Shown here: in pieces, positions 20,206 through 28,416 of the stretch
Numbering within the stretch: position 1 is the stretch's first letter
Layout of the letters: each line of letters starts with the position of its first letter
From: Candidatus Eiseniibacteriota bacterium
Lineage (GTDB): Bacteria > Eisenbacteria > RBG-16-71-46 > CAZAMP01
NCBI GenBank assembly: GCA_965224245.1
Contig: OZ245046.1
Location: 2,112,001-2,176,000, forward strand
DNA length: 64,000 nt
Direction of reading: 5' to 3'
Program-made: the position numbers and the translations under genes
Notes under the pieces: generated by a model
Database searches by the model: none
What the model was told of the DNA's origin: nothing
Seen by the model: the letters and a program-made list of their open reading frames with translations, nothing else

Positions 20206-20664
20206 ATGCCTCAGCTCGAGCAAACGAAGGTCCGTGTCTCCCGCCAAACCGTTCGAATCCTCTGGTGGGCCTACGCCGGCGCCGTGGCGCTCTCCACCGT
20301 CCTGACCCTGGTCGGAACGGGCACGCGTGGAGAGACCGGGACGACCTGGTCGATTCCGGTGGCCGTGTGCCTGGGGGCCGCGCTGGTGGCCGCCATCTTC
20401 TCCTACCAGGTCATGATGTCGCTGCCCGGAGCCGGACATCAGATCTTCGACACCGTCGGCGATCACTTCGAGCTGGCGATTCGCAACCTCTTCTTGCGAT
20501 TCGTTCTCGCCGGCGGCGCGGCGACCGGCACCGGGCTCGTGGGGGCCGTCACGTTCGCGCTCGGTGCGAACGGCGTGCTCAGCCTGGCCGTGATCGGCCT
20601 GGCGTTCGGGCTCCTGTTGCTCCTCCGCCAGCGCGTCGCACCGCTGGTTCACTACCTGGCCTAG
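20206..20664 (+). CDS. Hypothetical 4-TM membrane protein
   Basis: Four hydrophobic segments; TATAAT at 20140-20145 upstream. Confidence 0.65.
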   Translation: MPQLEQTKVRVSRQTVRILWWAYAGAVALSTVLTLVGTGTRGETGTTWSIPVAVCLGAALVAAIFSYQVMMSLPGAGHQIFDTVGDHFELAIRNLFLRFVLAGGAATGTGLVGAVTFALGANGVLSLAVIGLAFGLLLLLRQRVAPLVHYLA

Positions 20665-20740
20665 CTCACCGGACCCGTCGCGCGCGGGCACGGGAGCGGG
20701 CGCGCTGCACCGCGATCCCCCGGACGGGCACCGAGGTCGC

Positions 20741-20769
20741 TTGAACCGAACGCCTTACGCGGCTATGCT
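20741..20769 (+). promoter_or_regulatory. Putative sigma70 promoter
   Basis: TTGAAC-N17-TATGCT upstream of the 20862 gene. Confidence 0.5.
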
Positions 20770-20861
20770 GTGCGGCCTTCGAACGCCCCCGGGGCGAACG
20801 GGCGTCTCCGACGTGCTCCGTCCCGGCTCGATTTCTCCCCCAAACGGAGGGCTTCCCGAAC

Positions 20862-21506
20862 ATGCCCAAAGCGATCTGCGGAGTCGTACTCGCCGCCGGC
20901 TACGGATCGGTCGGTGAGCAGCGGAAGGTCCATCTGACGGTCGACCGGAAGACGCTGGTGCGTCGAGCCGTGGATCGCTTCGACGAGACCGGCGTCTCCA
21001 GCGTGCTGGCCGTCATCGACCCCCGGGACGAGACCACGCGCCGGTCCCTGGAAGGCAGCCGGGCCACGATCGTCGAGGCGGCCACCGCACAGGTGAGCGC
21101 CGGCGTCGCCGCGGCGCTGGAGGGCGCGACGCCCGACGCCGACGCCTACGCGTTCGTGCCGGCCACGCTGGCGCTGATCACGCCCGAGCTCCTGGCTCAG
21201 TCCCTGTCGGCCTTCGAAGAGACCGCCGACGGGATCCTGGCCACGGTCTACCAGGCGGTCCCGGGCTATCCGATGATCGTCGAGCGCCGGTTCCGGGATC
21301 CGCTCCTGGCCGCGGTGAAGGAGCAGTCGGACCCCCTGGGGCTTCTCCTGCTCGACCACCCTCGGGACGTGTTCGATCTCCACGTGATCACCGACGCGCC
21401 GATCTTCGACGTCGACGACGAGAGCGACTACGAGGAGCTGCACCGGCGGCTGGGGCTGAGCGTGCCCGAGTCGAGCCCCTCGTCCTCCGAGGGAGCCGGC
21501 GTCTGA
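20862..21506 (+). CDS. MocA/MobA-like nucleotidyltransferase-fold protein (degenerate)
   Basis: GVVLAAG, GYPMIV (GHP-like), DVDDESDY; GGAGGG RBS. Confidence 0.75.
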   Translation: MPKAICGVVLAAGYGSVGEQRKVHLTVDRKTLVRRAVDRFDETGVSSVLAVIDPRDETTRRSLEGSRATIVEAATAQVSAGVAAALEGATPDADAYAFVPATLALITPELLAQSLSAFEETADGILATVYQAVPGYPMIVERRFRDPLLAAVKEQSDPLGLLLLDHPRDVFDLHVITDAPIFDVDDESDYEELHRRLGLSVPESSPSSSEGAGV

Positions 21507-21555
21507 CGACGCGCACCCTGCGCCTCATCCAGCGCCGGCGTCCCGCCGGACACGA

Positions 21556-21593
21556 GAAACGCCTCCCCGGGCCGGTGCCCGGGGAGGCGTTTC
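21556..21593. terminator. Probable bidirectional intrinsic terminator
   Basis: Perfect 17-bp inverted repeat GAAACGCCTCCCCGGGC-cggt-GCCCGGGGAGGCGTTTC between convergent genes. Confidence 0.8.
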
Positions 21594-21657
21594 GTCGTGT
21601 CGTCCGAGACCGTTGCCGGCCGAGGCGGCCCGTGGCCGCCCCGGGTCGACATCCGGT

Positions 21658-23436
21658 CTAGCGATACTGGCTCTTGATCTGGCCCCAGCTCTTGCGGTGG
21701 ATCGGGGTCGGGCAGCTGACGCCGTCCTCGATGTCCGTCCGCCGCCGCGGCAGGACCTGGTAGCCCTCGTCGTACGGCGAGGAGCTGTCGAACTGGCCCG
21801 CGATCCCGGTGATCGTGAACGGCATGACCGGAATGGCCGAGCCGTCGATGTCGGTGTCGCTGTCCACGCGCATCTCCGAGGGACCGGTACCGTCGTCGAT
21901 CACGAGGTTGACGCTCACGCCGTCGGCCGGCCACTCGCCCGAGATGATCTCGACGCCGCAGATCTTGATCAGGCAGTCGTCGTAGGCCTCGCCGTTGGAG
22001 GCGTACTCGCCGGTCGTGATCTCGATGGGCTCCGGCAGCGGCGCGGTGCCGGAGATCACGAGGCTCGTGATGCTGGTGATCTCGGTCTTGCCGTTGAAGA
22101 AGTCCAGCGTCCCGACGACCTCGGTGATGAAGTCACCCTCGGCGATCGGGTTGGCGAAGGTGTCGTAGCTGAAGTCGAAGAGCGTGATGCAGCAGCCGGT
22201 CGACGGCTGGTAGACCTGGATCTCCAGGCCGCCCACCCGGAACACGTCGGTGGCCACGGTGGCCACGACGTCCGTGATGCGCACGAGCTCGCCGAAGTGA
22301 ACCGGGAAGCCGTTCGCGTCGTTCTCGTCCAGCTGACAGACGGTGTAGTCGGTCGGATCGGTGACCGGATCGCAGTCCGGATCGTTGAACGCGCCCGGCG
22401 TGGGCGTGATGTCGGCCACGAAGTCCTCGGCGTTGTCGTCGGTGTCCACGCCGTCGGGGCAACGCGCGATCGACGTGCCACCCGGGACGTCCGGCGCCGC
22501 GGTCCCGCCCTCGCAGACCAGGTCCGGATCCTCGCCGTAGCACACGCTGTCGATGTTCTCGGCGGGGTCGGTGATGTCGTATGTGCCGTCGCCGTTGGCG
22601 TCGAAGGCCAGGACGACCTGGTCCGGTCCGTTCTGCCAGTCGGCGGTCGCGTCGATGAAGTCGGCCTCGGCCACCGTCGCGTCCTGGGCCACCACGAAGT
22701 AGCCGTCGCCCGGGATCGCGTTGCCGTCGAGCACGAGCGTCGCGTACACGACGCCGCCGTTGCCGTTCACGCCGATGAGCGCGTGACCGTCGAGGCTCTG
22801 GCCCGCGTTGCCGTAGAGCTCGGTGAACATACCCACGTCGGTGCCCGAGCCGTCGTAGAGCACCTCGTTGATCACGAGCGCGACGCCCGTGCCGCAGACG
22901 AGATCGTTCTCGGCGCCCGGCGTCGGCGTGTCGTCGGCCAGGAAGTCGACCTCGTTGTCGTCGGTGTCGGAGCCGTCCGGACAGCGGGCGAGCGAGACGC
23001 CGCCGAAGACGTCCTCGGCGAAGGTGCCGCCCTCGCAGACGAGGTCGGGATCGGAGCCGTAGCACACGCTGTCGATGATGTTCACTCCCTGCACCAGGCG
23101 GACCTGATCGGGGCCGTTCTGCCAGTCCGCGGTGCCGTCGACGAGGTCGGCCTCGGTCACGGTCGCGTCCTGACCGACGACGAAGTAGCCGTCGGCGGGA
23201 ATCACGGATCCGGTCAGATCGATCGTCGCGTACACGACGCCGCCGTTGCCGTTGACGCCCTCGAGCGCGTACCCGTCGAGGCTCGTGCCGGGCTCGCCCT
23301 TGAGCTCGGTGAACATGCCCGCATCGGTGCCCGGGCCGTCGTACAGCAGCTCGTTGATGACGATCTGCGCTCCTGCCGTCCCGGCGAACCCGGTCAGCGC
23401 GAGAACGGACGCGATCGTCACTTGCAACCGCTTCAT
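21658..23436 (-). CDS. Secreted protein: 2 lamin-tail domains + OB-fold pair + C-terminal SWGxIKxxY motif
   Basis: Signal peptide; two INE..YD...FTEL...TPGA.N repeats; OB-like GDFITEVVGTL.FFNG.TEI...YQVLPR...DI; ends SWGQIKSQYR. Confidence 0.85.
   Translation of the reverse strand: MKRLQVTIASVLALTGFAGTAGAQIVINELLYDGPGTDAGMFTELKGEPGTSLDGYALEGVNGNGGVVYATIDLTGSVIPADGYFVVGQDATVTEADLVDGTADWQNGPDQVRLVQGVNIIDSVCYGSDPDLVCEGGTFAEDVFGGVSLARCPDGSDTDDNEVDFLADDTPTPGAENDLVCGTGVALVINEVLYDGSGTDVGMFTELYGNAGQSLDGHALIGVNGNGGVVYATLVLDGNAIPGDGYFVVAQDATVAEADFIDATADWQNGPDQVVLAFDANGDGTYDITDPAENIDSVCYGEDPDLVCEGGTAAPDVPGGTSIARCPDGVDTDDNAEDFVADITPTPGAFNDPDCDPVTDPTDYTVCQLDENDANGFPVHFGELVRITDVVATVATDVFRVGGLEIQVYQPSTGCCITLFDFSYDTFANPIAEGDFITEVVGTLDFFNGKTEITSITSLVISGTAPLPEPIEITTGEYASNGEAYDDCLIKICGVEIISGEWPADGVSVNLVIDDGTGPSEMRVDSDTDIDGSAIPVMPFTITGIAGQFDSSSPYDEGYQVLPRRRTDIEDGVSCPTPIHRKSWGQIKSQYR
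22385..23362 (-). repeat. Intragenic tandem duplication of a lamin-tail domain (about 150-165 aa each)
   Basis: Near-identical blocks GVNGNGGVVYAT, DGYFVV.QDATV.EAD, ADWQNGPDQV, DSVCYG.DPDLVCEGGT, ARCPDG.DTDDN. Confidence 0.9.
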
Positions 23437-23641
23437 GCGATGCACTCCTTTTGCGTTGCTGGCACTGGACCGCCGGAGCCTCACCCGGCCGGGTCCCGCG
23501 CGCAGGCGGGCACCCTCCCGGCCGGCCGACACCCGAACGGTCGGTCGCTGGATCTCCCATGGTCGCGTCATTTGCGTCAAGTCTATCACCGGCCTCGGTT
23601 TGGTACCACATGCGCGGCCCCCATCGGGCCCCATCACGAAG

Positions 23642-23670
23642 TTCTCATCCACCGGCGCGCTTGCTAGACT
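23642..23670 (+). promoter_or_regulatory. Putative extended -10 promoter of the cdd-like/rpiB/deoC operon (possibly leaderless)
   Basis: TTCTCA-N17-TAGACT with TG extension; ATG follows 7 nt after the -10 box with no SD. Confidence 0.5.
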
Positions 23671-23677
23671 GCCGCGC

Positions 23678-24121
23678 ATGAGCGCTCACCCCAAGCGACC
23701 GGACGGCCCTGCGCGCCCCGATCCGGGCACACGGGCCGCCCTCGAGGGCCTCGTCTCCCGGTGCGGGCCGTCGCCCGGTGACCAGTGCCCCGCTCTCGCG
23801 GCCTGCGGCGACACCGCGGGCCCGATCGGGGTCGCGGTCACGGTCCGGAGCCAGACGCCCGGCCTCGGCGCCTGCGCGACCCGGCTCGTCCTGGCCCGCG
23901 CCGTGGCCGAGGGACGGGCCGCCACACACCTGGTCGTGGACGGCGACTGGCAACGGCTGTGCGGGCTCTGCCTGCAGACCCTGCTCGAGCTGGCGCCCGA
24001 AGCCCCGGTCTTTCCGCTCGGCCCCAACCCCTCGGCCCCGGTGCCCTGGCGATCGTTGATCCCGGATCCGTTCGTCTCGTTCATCCCCGAGCCGGCCCCC
24101 GGAGGCCCCCGTGTCGACTGA
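23678..24121 (+). CDS. Cytidine deaminase-like protein lacking the catalytic Glu
   Basis: LGACATRLVLARAVAEG (CAERxA), LCGLCLQTLLEL (PCGxCRQxxxE), LIPDPF (LLPxxF); precedes rpiB-deoC. Confidence 0.72.
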   Translation: MSAHPKRPDGPARPDPGTRAALEGLVSRCGPSPGDQCPALAACGDTAGPIGVAVTVRSQTPGLGACATRLVLARAVAEGRAATHLVVDGDWQRLCGLCLQTLLELAPEAPVFPLGPNPSAPVPWRSLIPDPFVSFIPEPAPGGPRVD

Positions 24122-24578
24122 CCGGCCGAGGCGGGTCGCCATCGGAGCCGACCATGCCGCCTATCGTTACAAGGTCTCGCTCATGGAGTGGATGAGAGAG
24201 GAGCTGGCGGGCGTGTCGGTCCTGGACTGCGGCACCCACTCCGAGGCCCCGGTCGACTACCCCGACATCGCGGCCGCGGTCGCGAACGCGGTCCGGACCG
24301 GCGAGGTGGACCGCGGCATCGTCATCGATCACGCCGGGATCGGATCCACGATGGCCGCGAACAAGATCCGCGGGGTCCGGTGCGCGCTGTGCCACGACGA
24401 GGCGACCGTCCTCAACAGCCGCCGCCACAACGACGCGAACGTCCTGGCGCTGGGAAGCGCGGTCGTGAACGTCGGCTACGCGCGCACGCTCGTCCGCGTG
24501 TGGCTCGCCGCGCCGTTCGAGGGCGGACGGCACGCGCGGCGCGTGGACAAGATCATGGCGCTCGAGGGCTCGTCGTGA
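24111..24578 (+). CDS. rpiB: Ribose-5-phosphate isomerase B family
   Basis: IGADHA, VDYPD, AANKIRGVR, SRRHNDANVLALG, FEGGRHARRVDKI. Confidence 0.93.
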   Translation: MSTDRPRRVAIGADHAAYRYKVSLMEWMREELAGVSVLDCGTHSEAPVDYPDIAAAVANAVRTGEVDRGIVIDHAGIGSTMAANKIRGVRCALCHDEATVLNSRRHNDANVLALGSAVVNVGYARTLVRVWLAAPFEGGRHARRVDKIMALEGSS

Positions 24579-25381
24579 TCGTCCCCGGCGGCAACGCCGT
24601 CCCGCCCGCGCTCCGCCGGGCCATCGAGGAGCGCGGCCCGAGCGCGAGTCCGGCGGCCGGGGGCCGTGCCCCGATCGCCTCGATCGCGTCGGTCGTCGAC
24701 CACACGCTGCTCCGGGCCGACGCCTCGCAGACCCAGATCGAGACGCTCTGTGCCGAGGCGATCGAGTACGGCTTCGCGTCGGTGTGCGTGAATGCGATCT
24801 GGGTGCCGGTGGCCGCGCGCGCGCTCACCGGGTCGGACGTGAGCGTGTGCACGGTGGTCGGCTTTCCGCTGGGTGCCATGCGCTCGCCGATCAAGGCGCT
24901 CGAGGCCGAGACCGCCCGGGCACGCGGCGCGCGGGAGATCGACATGGTGGTGAACGTGGGCGAGCTGATCGGCGGCGGCGCCGACCGGGTCCGCGAGGAC
25001 ATCGCAACCGTCCGCCGCGTGCTGTCACCCGACGCCACGCTGAAAGTGATCCTGGAGACGGCGTTCCTCTCCGACGACCAGAAGCGACTGGGCGCCCGCG
25101 TGGCCGTCGAGGCCGGCGCGGACTTCGTGAAGACGTCCACCGGCTTCGGCCCCGGCGGAGCGACGGTGCCCGACGTGCGGCTGCTCGCCGAGACCGTGGG
25201 CGAGCGGTGCCGGGTCAAGGCCTCGGGCGGCATCCGGACGCTCGCCGCGGCGCGGGCCCTCGTCGAGGCGGGCGCGGCGCGCATCGGGGCCAGCGCCGGC
25301 GTGGCGATGGCGCGTGAGGAGCGCGGGCTCTCGACGACGACGACGATCCCATCGGCCCCACCGCCTCACGGCGGCTACTGA
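24575..25381 (+). CDS. deoC: Deoxyribose-phosphate aldolase
   Basis: DHTLL, SVCVN, TVVGFPLG, EIDMV, KVILET, DFVKTSTGF, KASGGIR, RIGAS, C-terminal Tyr; GTGA overlap with rpiB. Confidence 0.96.
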   Translation: MIVPGGNAVPPALRRAIEERGPSASPAAGGRAPIASIASVVDHTLLRADASQTQIETLCAEAIEYGFASVCVNAIWVPVAARALTGSDVSVCTVVGFPLGAMRSPIKALEAETARARGAREIDMVVNVGELIGGGADRVREDIATVRRVLSPDATLKVILETAFLSDDQKRLGARVAVEAGADFVKTSTGFGPGGATVPDVRLLAETVGERCRVKASGGIRTLAAARALVEAGAARIGASAGVAMAREERGLSTTTTIPSAPPPHGGY

Positions 25382-25512
25382 GCCGGATCCGGCCTCGCTC
25401 CCGGCGGTCGCCGCGCCCGGGCCCACCCGGAAAAGGGTGGCGAACGCCCGAAGCGGAACACTAGACTCGCCCGCACGTGAACACCCGTCGACGACCCCAA
25501 CGCTCCCGTGGG

Positions 25513-28416
25513 ATGCGCATGACGTTGCCGCTTCATCAGCGCCGCCGAGCCCTCCCGGGCCTCGTCGCGATCGTCCTGGTCACGCTGGCGACGCTCGTCG
25601 CGTCGACGACGACCGCCGGCCTCGCGCGCGCGGCGGACGCCCCCGCCGGTCAGACCGGCATCGTCCGGGGCACGGTCGTGGACGGCGACTCCCAGGAGCC
25701 CCTCCCCTTCGCCAGCATCATCGTCAAGGGGACCACGCGCGGCGCTCCGTCGCGCGACGACGGCTCGTTCGGCATTCGCGGCGTCGCCACCGGCAGCCAG
25801 GCGCTGCTGGTGACCTACGTCGGCTACTCGCCGATGGAGTTCCCCGTCCTCATCCATGCCGGCGAGGTGACCACGGTGCGCATCGAGCTGTCGCGGTCGG
25901 TCGGCTCGGTCGAGGAGGTCAAGGTCTTCGGAGACCGTCCCCTCGTGGACGTGCGCGAGACGTCCTCGTTGAAGACGCTCTCCACGCAGGACATCGACGA
26001 CCTGACGATCGAGCCCACGCTGGAGTCGCTGCTGGGTCAGCAGGCCGGCGTGTCGGTCCAGGACGGTGAGATCCACATCCGGGGCGGACGATCCGACGAG
26101 ACCGCGCTGATCGTGGACGGCGTGTCGCTGAAGGACGCCGTCTCGGGCGCGGCGGTGGCGGGCGCGCTCAGCGCCGGATCGGCGGCCGAGGTGTCGGTGG
26201 CCAAGGGCGGCTGGAGCTCCAAGCACGGTGACGCGATCAGCGGCGTCGTCGACGTGCGGGTGCGCGAGGGCACCGAGCAGTGGAAGGGCTCGGTCAGCTA
26301 CACCACCGATGCGATGGTGGGCACGCAGTCGCTGCACTACGCCAATCTCCAGCTGAGCGGACCCAACGTGCTGTTGAAGCCGTTCTCGGCGCTGTTCGGC
26401 ATCGACCGCTCGCAGCCGGCCACGTTCCACCTCGACCTGTCGACCGAGCTGTCGGACACGTACCTGCCCTCGGTCCGGGATCTCGGCCCGGGACGCCGGC
26501 GACTGAAGTCGTCGTACGTCAACACGCTCCTCGGGAAAGACCTCGACTTCGGAGACTTCTTCACCCCGCGCGGCAGCAACGACTGGCGCTTGACCGCGAA
26601 GACGGGCTGGACGGTTCATCCCGCGCACAAGCTCACCGCCACGTACATCAAGTCGCTCGGCTTCTCGAGCCAGTTCCAGGCGGTGGACATCGGGGAGGTG
26701 AACCAGAACATCACGCAGTACCCGTGGGCCTGGAGCCACCGCCTCGACGACCACTACACGATCTCGACCGACTTCTACGCGCTGTCGCTGCAGTGGAAGC
26801 ACTCGCTGGGCGACACGAAGTACCATCAGCTGCGCACCAAGTATCGCTTCTCGGCCACGCACCAGGACGTCCGCGGCCTGAACTGGGCCGACTACGAGGA
26901 GCCGTCGGACGAGATTCTCGACGACGATCACCCGTACTTCGTCGACTCCGGCACCGCGCCCCAGTACCACGACCGCTACTCCGAGCTGGCCGGCATCGAC
27001 TGGGACTTCGTGTCCAACGGCGAGCACCACGACGTCGAGTTCGGGGTCAGTGCCGGCTACGAGGACGTGCAGTACTTCAGCCTCGACGCCTACAGCGTGA
27101 CCCAGGACGCGCCCCTCGGTGACGAGTACGACCTCTTCCGCGTCTTCCCGGCCAAGGGCAGCTTCTACGTCGACGACAAGATCGAGTATCCCGGCATCGT
27201 CATGCGCGTGGGTGTGCGCGGCGACGTCTTCTTCCCGGGCGAACGCGTGGAGCGCCTGTTCGACGCGGCCGATCGACCGGGCTTCAACGAGGCCACGCGG
27301 GCGGAGTGGTACGACGCCACGAACGAGATCTTCGGGCGGCGCTACAAGATCCGCTTCAGTCCGAGCCTGGGGATCAGCCATCCGATCACCGATCGCAGCA
27401 ACTTCTTCTTCAACTACGGTCGGTTCACGAAGTGGCCCACGTACTTCTACATGTACGCGGCCACGGGCGGCATCTCGTCGCCGGAGTTCGCCAACATCGG
27501 CAACCCCAACCTCGACCCACAGATCTCCGCGCAGTACGAGTTCGGTGTGGGGCACCGGCTCTCGGATCGGCTCTCGCTTCGCGCACAGGTCTTCTTCAAG
27601 GACATCTACGACTACCCGACGTCGGTGCCCGTGGAGCTCGGCACCCGCGAGACCCGGCGCCAGACGTTCTTCGTCTACCGCAACGCCGACTACGGGCGAT
27701 CGCGTGGAATCGAGATCGAGGTGCAGCGCCGGCGCGAGCGCTACGCCTGGTACTCGGCCAGCTACTCGTTCTCGGTGGCCTCCGGCAAGTCGTCCGATCC
27801 TAATGCGCTCAACGTCGTGCAGTCGCTCGGTGGCGACGCGCGAGAGACCGATCTCGAGGAGCAGTTCCTGTGGTGGCATCGCCCACACAAGCTGACGCTG
27901 TCGGGCGGCTATCAGGTCGACGCCGATCAGCGCGCCCCGAAGCTCTTCGGGTGGAGGCTTCCCAGGGAGTGGAAGCTGAGCTTCTTCTGGCTTCTCCAGT
28001 CCGGCGAGGCCTACACGCCGACCACCCCGCTGGGTACGCGCATCGACAAGAGCTACTCGCGCAACGGCCCCATCGACAGCGTGTTCGATCTGAACGTGGT
28101 CAAGACGTTCCGGGTGGGCGATCGGCCCTTCCAGCTCACGTTCTCGGCCCGCAACCTTTTCAACCACCGGACGGTGCTCGAGATCGACTCGGCCACCGGA
28201 GACTCGCCGCGATCGGGGCTGGGCTCGAACTGGCGACCCGCCGAGAGCCCGCAGGAGCTCGTCGCCGTGGGCTACACGGTGCGTGAGACCGACACGCTGT
28301 ACGAGGAGCTGGCCGGCTTGAACGACGCCATCGTGCGTTCGATGACCGGGCTGTTGAACCCCGCGTACATCGCCGCGCCGCGCAGCCTCCGGGTGGGCAT
28401 CGGCTATGAGTGGTAG
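25513..28416 (+). CDS. TonB-dependent outer-membrane receptor with carboxypeptidase-regulatory-like N-terminal domain
   Basis: GIVRGTVVD..SQEPLPFASI...TYVGY, IHIRGGRSDE plug, FSPSLGISHPI, IGNPNLDP, C-terminal PRSLRVGIGYEW. Confidence 0.92.
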   Translation: MRMTLPLHQRRRALPGLVAIVLVTLATLVASTTTAGLARAADAPAGQTGIVRGTVVDGDSQEPLPFASIIVKGTTRGAPSRDDGSFGIRGVATGSQALLVTYVGYSPMEFPVLIHAGEVTTVRIELSRSVGSVEEVKVFGDRPLVDVRETSSLKTLSTQDIDDLTIEPTLESLLGQQAGVSVQDGEIHIRGGRSDETALIVDGVSLKDAVSGAAVAGALSAGSAAEVSVAKGGWSSKHGDAISGVVDVRVREGTEQWKGSVSYTTDAMVGTQSLHYANLQLSGPNVLLKPFSALFGIDRSQPATFHLDLSTELSDTYLPSVRDLGPGRRRLKSSYVNTLLGKDLDFGDFFTPRGSNDWRLTAKTGWTVHPAHKLTATYIKSLGFSSQFQAVDIGEVNQNITQYPWAWSHRLDDHYTISTDFYALSLQWKHSLGDTKYHQLRTKYRFSATHQDVRGLNWADYEEPSDEILDDDHPYFVDSGTAPQYHDRYSELAGIDWDFVSNGEHHDVEFGVSAGYEDVQYFSLDAYSVTQDAPLGDEYDLFRVFPAKGSFYVDDKIEYPGIVMRVGVRGDVFFPGERVERLFDAADRPGFNEATRAEWYDATNEIFGRRYKIRFSPSLGISHPITDRSNFFFNYGRFTKWPTYFYMYAATGGISSPEFANIGNPNLDPQISAQYEFGVGHRLSDRLSLRAQVFFKDIYDYPTSVPVELGTRETRRQTFFVYRNADYGRSRGIEIEVQRRRERYAWYSASYSFSVASGKSSDPNALNVVQSLGGDARETDLEEQFLWWHRPHKLTLSGGYQVDADQRAPKLFGWRLPREWKLSFFWLLQSGEAYTPTTPLGTRIDKSYSRNGPIDSVFDLNVVKTFRVGDRPFQLTFSARNLFNHRTVLEIDSATGDSPRSGLGSNWRPAESPQELVAVGYTVRETDTLYEELAGLNDAIVRSMTGLLNPAYIAAPRSLRVGIGYEW

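Noticed and set aside
22385-23362. Repeated DNA blocks as possible CRISPR, DGR template/variable repeat or mobile repeat
   Set aside because: In-frame duplication of a protein domain; no spacer periodicity and no cas or reverse transcriptase gene in the window.
23459-23476. TGGCAC as a possible sigma54 -24 box (also near 48037)
   Set aside because: No TTGC -12 element at the required spacing.
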